Source: an uncultured bacterium (lineage in GTDB: Bacteria > Schekmanbacteria > GWA2-38-11 > J061). From it: DNA of 64,000 bases. Shown here one piece after another: positions 31,045 through 40,207 of this stretch. Numbering within the stretch: the stretch's first letter is position 1; every line of letters starts with the position of its first letter. The stretch covers positions 6,738-70,737 of the forward strand of contig CAZJVM010000004.1 of assembly GCA_964549305.1 (NCBI GenBank), in the 5' to 3' direction. The notes beneath the pieces were generated by a model. The model worked only from the letters and a program-made list of their open reading frames with translations, had not been told where the DNA came from and did not search any database. Position numbers and translations under genes: made by a program.

Positions 31045-32523
31045 TCAGGATTTTTTCACGAAGAGCTTTTTGGGGAGAATTGCTTTTACAAATATAAAGA
31101 ACATCTCTCTGAACATTATTTCCCCCCACGTTGAATAAACAAAGGGTCCCGTAAAGACATAAATCAGTTTGCTAATCGCAACCGCCTTCTTCCTGATGAG
31201 ATAATCAAAAAAAGGCCTTAAAAAAGGAATTTTGTTGTAGGCAGGTGTAAGATTTCTCATCGTTTCCGCAAAAGGTTTATCGTCAATGTTTATAAGTGAT
31301 GAACCGTGTGTTGTCCCAAGTCCTTCATTTACTCTTTCCATTGTTTCATTGTCGATATAACCGTTTTTCAAGCCGTATTCACACGCTTCAGTTTCGGGAT
31401 AGGGAAAAAATATCGACGCGTTCACTCCATCGCATTTTATCTTTTTCAAAAAATCGAGAGTATCGGACATTTGTTCGCGATTTTCCCCAACCATTCCGTA
31501 TATTACATTTACAAAAAGCTTTATTCCGCTTTCCCTGACCATCTTTACAGTTTCGAGAATCTTCTCCCTGTTAACATTTTTCTTCATTATTTTGTTCCGC
31601 ACAAAATCATTTCCCGAATCGAGCCCGTAAATCACACATTCACACGATGCATCCTTCATAGTTTTAAGCACTTTCGGGTTAACCGTCGATGGATGGACCT
31701 GACACAGAAAAGGAGCATTTATTTTACGGGCATATTCATCGCAAAAAACCGTAACCCAATCGTGGTTGAGAGTGAAAATATCATCAGCGAAAAACACCTT
31801 TTTGATACGGTAACGCTCATTAAAATAAATCAGTTCATCCATTACATTTTTAATGCTTCTTCTTCGCAGATGTTTCTCGCTTATACCGTATATTCTTTCC
31901 ATCTGATTGTTAAAACAGAAGGTACACCTGTAAGGGCATCCTCTGCCCGAAAGCACCGTAAGTATACCGGCAAAGGTATAGGGATAAAAAAGGTCTCTGT
32001 CGGGAAAAGGAATCGAATCTAAGTCTGTAATCAGCGGTCTGAGAGGGTTTTTTACTATTTCTCCGTCTTTTTTCATCCACAGATTTGGCACATTGGAATA
32101 ATCCTCTCCCTTCTCAATTTTATCGATAACTTCAATAAACCCCTCTTCGCCCTCGCCAATATATATCATATCTATATCGGGGTTTTTCAAAACATGCTCG
32201 GGAACGCTCGTTGGATGAATCCCGCCCATAATAACGGGTATGTCAAAGTTTTTCTTAACAAGTGATGCCATCTTCTTCGCGTAAGGGTACATAGGGGTAA
32301 CGCACGACAACGCGACAACATCGGGATTGATAATGCGGATTTGATTGATGAGTTTCTCGTTATTTTTTTCCCCTTTCAGGGATTCGAGGTTGTAAAACCC
32401 CATATAACTGTCGAAACCGGAGTTGAAAATGAGCTCAACCTCATGCCCCTTTTTTTTGAGGGTGCTCGAGAGGTATTGAATACCCAAACTTTCCTGTTCT
32501 TTGTAGAAAAATAATATCTTCAT
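31045..32523 (-). CDS. Cobalamin-binding (class B) radical SAM protein
   Basis: B12-binding N-terminus (SLGIQYLSS, GGIHPT, GEGE), GRGCPYRCTFC, DDIFT. Start inferred at 32523. Confidence 0.9.
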   Translation of the reverse strand: MKILFFYKEQESLGIQYLSSTLKKKGHEVELIFNSGFDSYMGFYNLESLKGEKNNEKLINQIRIINPDVVALSCVTPMYPYAKKMASLVKKNFDIPVIMGGIHPTSVPEHVLKNPDIDMIYIGEGEEGFIEVIDKIEKGEDYSNVPNLWMKKDGEIVKNPLRPLITDLDSIPFPDRDLFYPYTFAGILTVLSGRGCPYRCTFCFNNQMERIYGISEKHLRRRSIKNVMDELIYFNERYRIKKVFFADDIFTLNHDWVTVFCDEYARKINAPFLCQVHPSTVNPKVLKTMKDASCECVIYGLDSGNDFVRNKIMKKNVNREKILETVKMVRESGIKLFVNVIYGMVGENREQMSDTLDFLKKIKCDGVNASIFFPYPETEACEYGLKNGYIDNETMERVNEGLGTTHGSSLINIDDKPFAETMRNLTPAYNKIPFLRPFFDYLIRKKAVAISKLIYVFTGPFVYSTWGEIMFREMFFIFVKAILPKKLFVKKS

Positions 32524-32708
32524 AAATAAAAAAGTTTTTTGCAGATAAATCTCTACAACATTCGGCAAAACTTTACAAAAAAAAGATATTTAATAAAAAC
32601 ATTTCAAATTACCATGCCTGCAATAACTAATGTGAAATTATGAATTTTAACAATGCGTTATATTGAATCACCTAATTATTTAACATTTTTTTTCTGCCTT
32701 CTCCCGCC

Positions 32709-32733
32709 TAAACTTTTGTTTGACAAAAGTTTA
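32709..32733. promoter_or_regulatory. Perfect 11-3-11 inverted repeat (candidate operator)
   Basis: TAAACTTTTGT-TTG-ACAAAAGTTTA overlapping a TTGACA hexamer, 84 nt upstream of the oxidoreductase cluster. Confidence 0.5.
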
Positions 32734-32816
32734 AAATTCGGACAAAAGGTTATCTGTGTTCGAAAAAGAATTTTCCTGCCTTGACGCAGAATACATAAAT
32801 CTTTAAACAGTTTGAA

Positions 32817-33428
32817 ATGGAAAAGAAATTAAGTTATCCCGAAATCGAGTTTGAAGAAAGATTAAAGAGACTCAAACAAAAACAAAGGACAAAACTTCCT
32901 CATCAGATTGAACTCGAGACCACATCCAGGGTAAACCGAAGCGCACGCAAAAGCATTGGTGATTTGCCTATTTCCCTTGATTCTCTTACAAAAAGAAAAG
33001 ACGAGGCAACCGACAAAAAAATCCCCGCGGACCTCTTTAACTTGCAGATTATTTATGATGAAGCGACTGACAGTATCAAAATCGAAGGTCCTTCCGGTTC
33101 TCCCCTCATAGACGATAACACCTGCCTCATAGAGTTGACAAAAAATCTCGTCAGTTTTTCACAGTCGGAATCCTGCGGCGAATGCACTTTTTGCAGAATC
33201 GGCACAAAAAGAATGACGGAAATTCTCGAACGCATATGCTCGGGACAGGGCAACCCCGAAGACATTGAAACGCTGAAGGACCTTGCGGAAAAGATAAGGA
33301 CCACAAGTCTTTGCGAAGTAGGGAAAAACGCCTCAAATCCCGTAATAACAACAATCGAGCATTGCGGCGAAGACTATGATGAGCATATCAGGTCGCATAA
33401 GTGCAAAGCGGGAAAGTGTAATTTATAA
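32817..33428 (+). CDS. NuoF/HydB-type NADH_4Fe-4S domain protein lacking the FMN/NADH-binding core
   Basis: ESCGECTFCRIGT...SLCEVGKNASNPV...HIRSHKCKAGKC; the N-terminal ~90 aa are unrecognisable. Confidence 0.8.
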   Translation: MEKKLSYPEIEFEERLKRLKQKQRTKLPHQIELETTSRVNRSARKSIGDLPISLDSLTKRKDEATDKKIPADLFNLQIIYDEATDSIKIEGPSGSPLIDDNTCLIELTKNLVSFSQSESCGECTFCRIGTKRMTEILERICSGQGNPEDIETLKDLAEKIRTTSLCEVGKNASNPVITTIEHCGEDYDEHIRSHKCKAGKCNL

Positions 33429-33432
33429 AAAT

Positions 33433-35532
33433 ATGAAGAAGATTAAAATCACCATAGACGGAAAACGAATCGATGCCTCCGAGGGTCAGACTATCCTTTC
33501 GGCGGCAAAATCAAAGGATATTTTCATCCCCACATTCTGTCACCTTGACGACCTTAAACCCGAATCGTTCTGTTTTATATGCGTAGTGGATATCGAAGGT
33601 GAAGAAGACCTTCTTCCCGCCTGCTCGACTGAAGTCGAAGAAGGCATGGTAATAAGCACGACGAGTGAGAGAGTCCTCGAAGCGAGGCGCACCTGTGTGG
33701 AATTGCTTCTCTCCGACCATATGGGCGACTGCCTTGGACCCTGCATGATTGCATGCCCGGCGGGAATTGACATTCCCGGCTTTATAAAATATCTCGCCAT
33801 AGGCGAAACAAGAAAAGCGCTCGAACTAATTAAAAGGAATATGCCCTTCCCTTCCATTTTGGGAAGAGTCTGCAATAAACCCTGTGAAGATGCCTGCAGA
33901 AGACAGCTTGTGGAAGAAGAGCTCTCCATATGCCATCTGAAGCGGTTTGCCGCAGATACAATATCGGAATCGGATGAAGAATATATTCCCAGGCGTGCTC
34001 CCTCTACGGGGAAAAAGGTCGCCATTGCAGGAGCAGGCCCAACGGGACTTTCAACGGCTTATTACCTTCAGATTCTCGGACACGAATGCACTCTCTTTGA
34101 AGCCAACAAAAAACCGGGCGGAATGTTTCAATATGGAATACCCGCATATCGCCTGCCACGAAATGTTCTTGACAGGGAAATTGCAGTAATAAAAAAACTC
34201 GGCGCAAAGATTAAGTGCAATGTTTCTATTGGGGACGATATTCCCGCTGACTCCCTGCGGGACGAATATGATGCGGTCCTCATAGCAACGGGCGCACAGC
34301 TTCCCATTAAATTGTCAGTGGAAGGCGAAGACGCAAAGGGGGTAATCGCAGGCATTGATTTTCTTAAAGATGAAAGCTCCGGTAACGGAAAAGCCAAATT
34401 CGATAACAAAAAAGTGATAGTCGTCGGAGGAGGAGACGTTGCAATGGATGCTGCAAGAGTCGCCGTAAGAAAGGGAGCAAAGTCAGTTGATTTATACTGC
34501 CTTGAAAAAAGAGATGAAATGCCGGCAAGCGAAAAGGAAATAAAAGAGGCAGAGGAAGAAGGAATTGTTTTTCACGACAGATTAGGGATAAAATCCATCA
34601 GTTCCGAAAAAGGAAAAGTTGAAGGAATCGTATTTAAGAAATGTACATCGGTTTTTGATGACAGAGGAGCTTTCAATCCATCATATGATGAAAAGGACAC
34701 CTCTACCGCACAATGCGACATTCTCATTACGGCAATAGGACAGAAACCCGATGAAATTACCGGCAGTGACATAGATAAAACCCGAAGAGGAACCATAATA
34801 ATAAAGGGACACACCCACGAAACCTCCGTGGGTGGAGTTTTCGCGGGTGGAGACTGCGTAACCGGCCCGGGACTTGCCGTTGATGCCGTTGCCGCGGGAA
34901 GGCATTGCGCTGTAGCTATTGACCAGCTTTTAATGGGGGTCAACCTCATCGGCGAAGAACCCCCATACAGCGGTTCATACGGAGAACTTGACGAAGTGCC
35001 TCCCGAAACCGTTGAAGGCGAAGAAAGAGAACCCCGCGTACCTATTTCTTCTGCAGATGCAAAATCAAGAGTAAAATCATTTGATGAAATAGAGGAAAAT
35101 TACACTCCCGAAATGGCTCAGAAAGAGGCGCTCAGATGCCTTGAGTGCGGTTGCAGGGAATCGAGAGAATGCAAACTCAGAAGCTACGCCATCGAGTTTG
35201 ACGCCGACGAAGAAAAGTTCAAAGGCGAAACCAAGGAATATGAACTTGATGAATCTCACCCTGATTTAATTTATGAATCCCATAAATGTATTCAATGCAG
35301 AACCTGTGTAAGAACTACCGAAAAAATACTGGGAGAGTCGGCGATGAGAATCGTAGGGCGCGGATTTACGGCAAGAGTAAAGCCCGCTGAAGGAGGAAAG
35401 CTTGAACTTCTTAAAGGGAAAGAGCTTCACATAATAGCGGACAACTGCCCCGTGGGCGCGCTAAGGTTGAGAAACAAACCGGTTCAGTCCCTTGACCCGG
35501 AATTTAAAAGGAACGACGAGGAACGATGCTGA
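33433..35532 (+). CDS. [2Fe-2S] + GltD-like FAD/NAD(P)H oxidoreductase + C-terminal Fe-S domains
   Basis: NuoG/HydA-like N-terminus (IPTFCH...CFICVV...PAC), GltD motifs (CMIACPAG, LGRVCNKPCE, GAGPTG, GGGDVAMD, FAGGD), CLECGC...C, CIQCRTC...CPVGAL. Start inferred at 33433. Confidence 0.85.
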   Translation: MKKIKITIDGKRIDASEGQTILSAAKSKDIFIPTFCHLDDLKPESFCFICVVDIEGEEDLLPACSTEVEEGMVISTTSERVLEARRTCVELLLSDHMGDCLGPCMIACPAGIDIPGFIKYLAIGETRKALELIKRNMPFPSILGRVCNKPCEDACRRQLVEEELSICHLKRFAADTISESDEEYIPRRAPSTGKKVAIAGAGPTGLSTAYYLQILGHECTLFEANKKPGGMFQYGIPAYRLPRNVLDREIAVIKKLGAKIKCNVSIGDDIPADSLRDEYDAVLIATGAQLPIKLSVEGEDAKGVIAGIDFLKDESSGNGKAKFDNKKVIVVGGGDVAMDAARVAVRKGAKSVDLYCLEKRDEMPASEKEIKEAEEEGIVFHDRLGIKSISSEKGKVEGIVFKKCTSVFDDRGAFNPSYDEKDTSTAQCDILITAIGQKPDEITGSDIDKTRRGTIIIKGHTHETSVGGVFAGGDCVTGPGLAVDAVAAGRHCAVAIDQLLMGVNLIGEEPPYSGSYGELDEVPPETVEGEEREPRVPISSADAKSRVKSFDEIEENYTPEMAQKEALRCLECGCRESRECKLRSYAIEFDADEEKFKGETKEYELDESHPDLIYESHKCIQCRTCVRTTEKILGESAMRIVGRGFTARVKPAEGGKLELLKGKELHIIADNCPVGALRLRNKPVQSLDPEFKRNDEERC

Positions 35533-36038
35533 AGGATTTTAACAAAAAATTCGAAGACTATCTTAATGCCGACGGTGAACTTCAGCGAAGGCTAAAAGGA
35601 TTCAAGACCTTCTCCGGTATGCCTGACGGACATTACCGGAGGGCGCGGGAAGAAGGCGAAAAAGCCATTGCGCGCGCCGTAAGATGCTATCCCTACGGCG
35701 GGAAAAGTCTTATAGGAAATAACAATGATATTATCGGTATCGATATAAATGACAGCGATGAAAATATGTTGATTTCACTTGTTAACGGGAAGTTCAGCGT
35801 AAAAAAAAGCAATTGGCAAAAAACCTTTCTCTCAATCAGTCTTCCGCTTGAAAAATTTAAAAAAGCTATTCTTGGCAGATACCGTTGGATATGGCTTTTA
35901 GGGCTTGATGACGTAGAGGTTTCCTACTGCGAAGAACTTCCGCATTCCGATTGGATTACCATTCTTGAAATCCTCGTAGCAATGCAGGAATTACCCGAAT
36001 TCGACAACACGCTAATCGAAAAAGTAGAAGGTTTTTAG
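35526..36038 (+). CDS. Hypothetical protein with an SCP2 (sterol-carrier)-like segment
   Basis: IGIDINDSDENMLISLVNGKFSVKKSNWQKTFLSISLPLEKFKKAILG follows the SCP2 beta-beta-beta-helix pattern (by eye). Confidence 0.45.
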   Translation: MLKDFNKKFEDYLNADGELQRRLKGFKTFSGMPDGHYRRAREEGEKAIARAVRCYPYGGKSLIGNNNDIIGIDINDSDENMLISLVNGKFSVKKSNWQKTFLSISLPLEKFKKAILGRYRWIWLLGLDDVEVSYCEELPHSDWITILEILVAMQELPEFDNTLIEKVEGF

Positions 36039-36056
36039 GACAAAGGGAGAACAAAT

Positions 36057-37478
36057 TTGGACATAGTAATCGGACAACTTAACTCGATACTCGGCAAGGA
36101 TAACGTAATCACCGATCCGAATGAGCTTTCCGCATATTCAGACGGAAATCTCACTTTTATTCCTCCCCGTTCTCCGATTTTTGCCGTAAGACCCTCGAAT
36201 TCCGAAGAAATAAGAGAAATACTCAAGGTCGCCGCTTTAAACAAGATACCCGTAACTCCTTCGAGCTCCGCAGGGTCGGGACACGGAGGTTCCATTCCTG
36301 CGGTACCCGGCATTACAATTGACCTCAGACGTATGAAGAATATCGAACTTATCGACACATCGAGCAGAAACGCGATTATAGAACCGGGAGTCACCTTTTC
36401 CGAACTTCAGGAGAAAGCGCATGAACAGGGACTGAGAGTATTGACACCCGTTGAAATAACCGCCGGTTCATCGGTCCTTTCCACATATCTTGATATGGTG
36501 CCGCTTTTTTCATGGCCAAGATACGGAACGGAATCAATTCTCACAATGGAAACGCTCATTCCAAACGGCGAACTGATAAAAACAGGTATAGCGGCAATTC
36601 CCGTAATAGACAAACCCTATTTCCCCTTTGGCACAAACCCCTCTTACATCAACAAAATATGGTTCGGCGCTCAGGGGACTCTGGGCATTGCGACCAAAGC
36701 AGTGATAAAACTTAAAACACTTCACAAAACGGTTAAAACTCTCTTCATTCCCGTCAATAGTTTCGAAGAGTCCTTCCCCGTCTTGAAGGAGTTAAAGAGA
36801 TTCGGTTATGCTGTTGAATTTTTCCTTGCAAACCCCACATATCTTGCCGGAATGATTGCAGATGACGAACAGGAACTTTCCGAAATAGCCAAAACTCTGC
36901 CTCCTGTAACTGCCGTCATAGTACTTCGCGGTGAAGAGGAAGAGGTTGAATATCAGAGAGAGGACATCGCCGAGCTTTGCGCAAAATTCAAACTTGATTG
37001 TCTTGAAGAGCTTTCGGGAGTGGAAAATGCCGCTTCTAAAATACTCGATGAAATCGAAAATCCTGGCGGATATGAAAAGAGAAAAAGCTTCAAGGGAGGT
37101 TACTGCGTCATTCCTTTTATCTGTATGCTTCCGCAAATTCCAATGTTCAGACGTGTTTTGGGACAAATGACTCAGGCATTCAAGTATAATTCCGCCGATA
37201 TCGGAGAACTTTTCATACCTGTTGAACCTGCTCGCGGGCATTTTCAGTACAGTTTCCGCTATAATCCCGAAAATCCTCAGGAGATGATGATAACAAAAAA
37301 ACTTTTTGAGGTACTGAGCGGAGCGCTCATAAAAATGGGCGGATTTTTTTCGAGACCCTACGGAAACTGGGCGGAATTGGTCTATGGGAAAGCAGGTGCC
37401 TATAAAACAATGTTAAGAAATATCAAGGAAACAATTGACCCTGAAAATATAATGAATCCCGGAAGGTTAAATTTGTAG
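36057..37478 (+). CDS. FAD-binding oxidoreductase (FAD_binding_4, VAO/PCMH/GlcD superfamily)
   Basis: ITIDLRRMKNI, IIEPGVTF, GAQGTLGIATK, IDPENIMNPG. Confidence 0.88.
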   Translation: MDIVIGQLNSILGKDNVITDPNELSAYSDGNLTFIPPRSPIFAVRPSNSEEIREILKVAALNKIPVTPSSSAGSGHGGSIPAVPGITIDLRRMKNIELIDTSSRNAIIEPGVTFSELQEKAHEQGLRVLTPVEITAGSSVLSTYLDMVPLFSWPRYGTESILTMETLIPNGELIKTGIAAIPVIDKPYFPFGTNPSYINKIWFGAQGTLGIATKAVIKLKTLHKTVKTLFIPVNSFEESFPVLKELKRFGYAVEFFLANPTYLAGMIADDEQELSEIAKTLPPVTAVIVLRGEEEEVEYQREDIAELCAKFKLDCLEELSGVENAASKILDEIENPGGYEKRKSFKGGYCVIPFICMLPQIPMFRRVLGQMTQAFKYNSADIGELFIPVEPARGHFQYSFRYNPENPQEMMITKKLFEVLSGALIKMGGFFSRPYGNWAELVYGKAGAYKTMLRNIKETIDPENIMNPGRLNL

Positions 37479-37488
37479 GAAACAGAAT

Positions 37489-38688
37489 ATGACTGAAGAA
37501 TATTGCTACCCATTTACAAGAAAAAAACTCAGCGATTATTACGAAATGCTGTGGCGCTGCGCAAAGTGCGGTTATTGCCGCAATGTTTTCCCTTCTGATA
37601 CCGAAGACGAAAGATTCGCAAGGCAATGCCCACCGGGCGAAAGATTCAGATTTGAGGCGTACTACGCATCAGGACGTAACGAGATAACCAGAAAAATGAT
37701 TGAAGGCAAGCAGAGTCTCACTCCTCGCCTCAGGCACATCCTCTACACGTGCACAACCTGTAATGCCTGCGAAGAATGGTGCGAAGTGACACAGGGCTTG
37801 AATACCTTAAAGATAATCAATGCCGTTAGAAAATATTTTGTCGAGCACGGTGGTGAACTTTTGCCTGGCCACGAAAAAATCATCAAAGGCATCAGGCGAA
37901 ACCATAACCGCCTCAACAGAAATAACAGGGACAGGCGCGGATGGCTTGAAGATGCGGCATCCGAAAAAACTGAACAAGCCGATGTCGCCTATTTCGTAGG
38001 TTGCAGGTCATCGTTCAGAAGAACTGAAATAGCAAACAACGCCTACGAGCTTTTGACGAAAAAACTCGGTATCGGCATAACCTTTCTCGAGGACGAAAGA
38101 TGCTGCGGAAGGCCATTGCTTGAAATAGGGGCGGAAAAGGACGCTTTTAAACTCATGTCCCACAATCTTGAAGAAATAAAAAAAACCGGCGTAAAAACTG
38201 TCCTCTTTACCTGCGCCGAATGTTTCTCTCTCTTCAACGACCTCGAACGCTACGGCTTTGAAAAAGATTTTGAAACAATTCATATAAGCGAATATCTTGC
38301 AAGAGTGATAAAAGAAAAAGGTGTTTCCTTCAATGAAATGCCAAAAAAAGTAACATTTCACGACCCCTGCTATCTCGGAAGACATCAGGGCATTTATGAA
38401 GACCCGAGAAACGTAATCGCTTCCATTCCGGGCACCGAGCTTGTGGAAATGCCGAGAAACCGCAAAAATGCCTGGTGCTGCGGCGCGGGAGGCGTGGTGA
38501 AGGAAGCATATCTCGATTACTCTCATTGGATTGCCGCGGAAAGATTCGAGGAGGTCAAAAAAACCGAAGCACAAATGCTTATTACTTCCTGTCCCGGGTG
38601 CAAAGAAAGCTTATGGGGACAGGCTAAAGTCAATAATGTCGAAATCTTTGACCTTGCTGAACTTATAAACAAACAGATTAAGGGTTGA
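37489..38688 (+). CDS. (Fe-S)-binding CCG-domain protein (GlcF/HdrD-like)
   Basis: CAKCGYC..CP, CTTCNAC..WC, YFVGC, RCCG, TCAEC, HDPCYLG, WCCGAGG, SCPGC. Confidence 0.9.
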   Translation: MTEEYCYPFTRKKLSDYYEMLWRCAKCGYCRNVFPSDTEDERFARQCPPGERFRFEAYYASGRNEITRKMIEGKQSLTPRLRHILYTCTTCNACEEWCEVTQGLNTLKIINAVRKYFVEHGGELLPGHEKIIKGIRRNHNRLNRNNRDRRGWLEDAASEKTEQADVAYFVGCRSSFRRTEIANNAYELLTKKLGIGITFLEDERCCGRPLLEIGAEKDAFKLMSHNLEEIKKTGVKTVLFTCAECFSLFNDLERYGFEKDFETIHISEYLARVIKEKGVSFNEMPKKVTFHDPCYLGRHQGIYEDPRNVIASIPGTELVEMPRNRKNAWCCGAGGVVKEAYLDYSHWIAAERFEEVKKTEAQMLITSCPGCKESLWGQAKVNNVEIFDLAELINKQIKG

Positions 38689-38691
38689 TAA

Positions 38692-40185
38692 ATGGAAGAG
38701 TTTACAAAGGAAAACAGCCGGATTCTCTTTGAGCTGGCCAATATAGTGGGAAACGAGTGGGTGTCAAACGAACCGGAAATAATCTATGCCCATTCAAGAG
38801 ACGTCAATATGTATCCTGACAACCTGTCTTCCGTTTTGAGACCGCCTCATTATGTGGTGCTTCCGGCAAATTCGGAAGAAGTCCAGAAAATAGTAAGCAT
38901 AGCAAAAAACCACAAGATACCCATAACGGTCCAGACAACGGGACTGAACATTGCCGGAGTTTGCGTCCCTCCAAAGGGCGGCATTCTTATGGATATGAAA
39001 CGACTGGACAAGATTTTGGAAATAGACGAAGTAAATTGCACGGCTACCATACAACCTTACGTAACCATAGCTCGCCTTTCCTGCGAACTTCAAAAGAGAA
39101 AAATGTTCCTTCCTGTTCCGGGCAACCCCTCAACGGCAAGCGTTATTTCAAACATACTAGTAGGTCTCGGACTGAAAGTCACTAACCGTGTCGGAAGGCA
39201 GGAACAGGGAATCGTAGGGTTTAAAATGGTGCTTCCTGACGGAAGTTTCTTCAAGGTCGGTTCGGGCGCGGACCCCTTCATACCGAAAGATTTCTGGCCT
39301 CACGGACCGGGGCCCGACCTTCAGCTCTTTCCTGTACATTCCATAGGAACAACAGGAATAGTAACGGAAATGACTATTAAATGCTGGCTTCGCGGAGAAA
39401 AATACAAAGAACTCTGGGTGTCCTATGAAGATATAGACAATGCTGGGAAAGCTTTTGCGGAGCTTGCAAAAAAAGAAATCTGCAAGGGAATAAATCTTTA
39501 CGGTGGAAATAAATATACTTCTTACGCCACAGACACCCGTGAAGCAATGGAAAGGATGATAAGGGCAAACCCGGAATTTCAGCTTGTCCTGTCAATGGAA
39601 GGCACGCAAAGAAGAATTGATTATGAAGAAAAAGTTGTAAGACAGACGGCTGAAAAAACCGGAGGAATAATAATCACTGACAAATTCAAACCTTACGAAA
39701 GCTTCGAAGAATCTCACTTAGGAATGTCAGGAAGTTTTTATTCCGACTATTCAATGAAGTACTGGGGTTCAAGGGGTGCAAACTGGGTTGCAGCAGGTTT
39801 CCCGTCTCCTGAAAGAGTTGCTGATATGTACAAGGCATATTGTCAGGCGATAATGGACGACCCCGAATATTCAGACCCGGATTTCGGCAACGGTGAATAC
39901 TGGCGTTCGATTATCGCCTATCCCTATGAAGGAGGACATTATTTCTTTAACGAACACGGAATAGACAGCCATCCCGGAGACCCTAAATGGCAGGAAGTTG
40001 TCAAACGAATAGGTTCTGCAATACCCCGTTACGGAGCACAGCGAGGTCTGCTGATAATGGGATTTAACCGCGCACCGAGGGAAGGCCTGCCACGCGTCAC
40101 CGGTCCCTATTATGATGTCGCAAAGGGAATTAACAGCAAGCTTGACCCTGGGGGAATAATGCAGCCAGGATTCGTATTTCCTTAA
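38692..40185 (+). CDS. Second FAD-binding oxidoreductase (FAD_binding_4)
   Basis: GGILMDMKRLDKILEID, IQPYVT, GTTGIVT, LDPGGIMQPG. Confidence 0.88.
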   Translation: MEEFTKENSRILFELANIVGNEWVSNEPEIIYAHSRDVNMYPDNLSSVLRPPHYVVLPANSEEVQKIVSIAKNHKIPITVQTTGLNIAGVCVPPKGGILMDMKRLDKILEIDEVNCTATIQPYVTIARLSCELQKRKMFLPVPGNPSTASVISNILVGLGLKVTNRVGRQEQGIVGFKMVLPDGSFFKVGSGADPFIPKDFWPHGPGPDLQLFPVHSIGTTGIVTEMTIKCWLRGEKYKELWVSYEDIDNAGKAFAELAKKEICKGINLYGGNKYTSYATDTREAMERMIRANPEFQLVLSMEGTQRRIDYEEKVVRQTAEKTGGIIITDKFKPYESFEESHLGMSGSFYSDYSMKYWGSRGANWVAAGFPSPERVADMYKAYCQAIMDDPEYSDPDFGNGEYWRSIIAYPYEGGHYFFNEHGIDSHPGDPKWQEVVKRIGSAIPRYGAQRGLLIMGFNRAPREGLPRVTGPYYDVAKGINSKLDPGGIMQPGFVFP

Positions 40186-40207
40186 CATAAAAAAAGAGAG
40201 GATAAAA

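Noticed and set aside
31306-32022. 238-aa ORF antisense to the radical SAM gene
   Set aside because: Antisense shadow of an AT-rich gene; no independent evidence.
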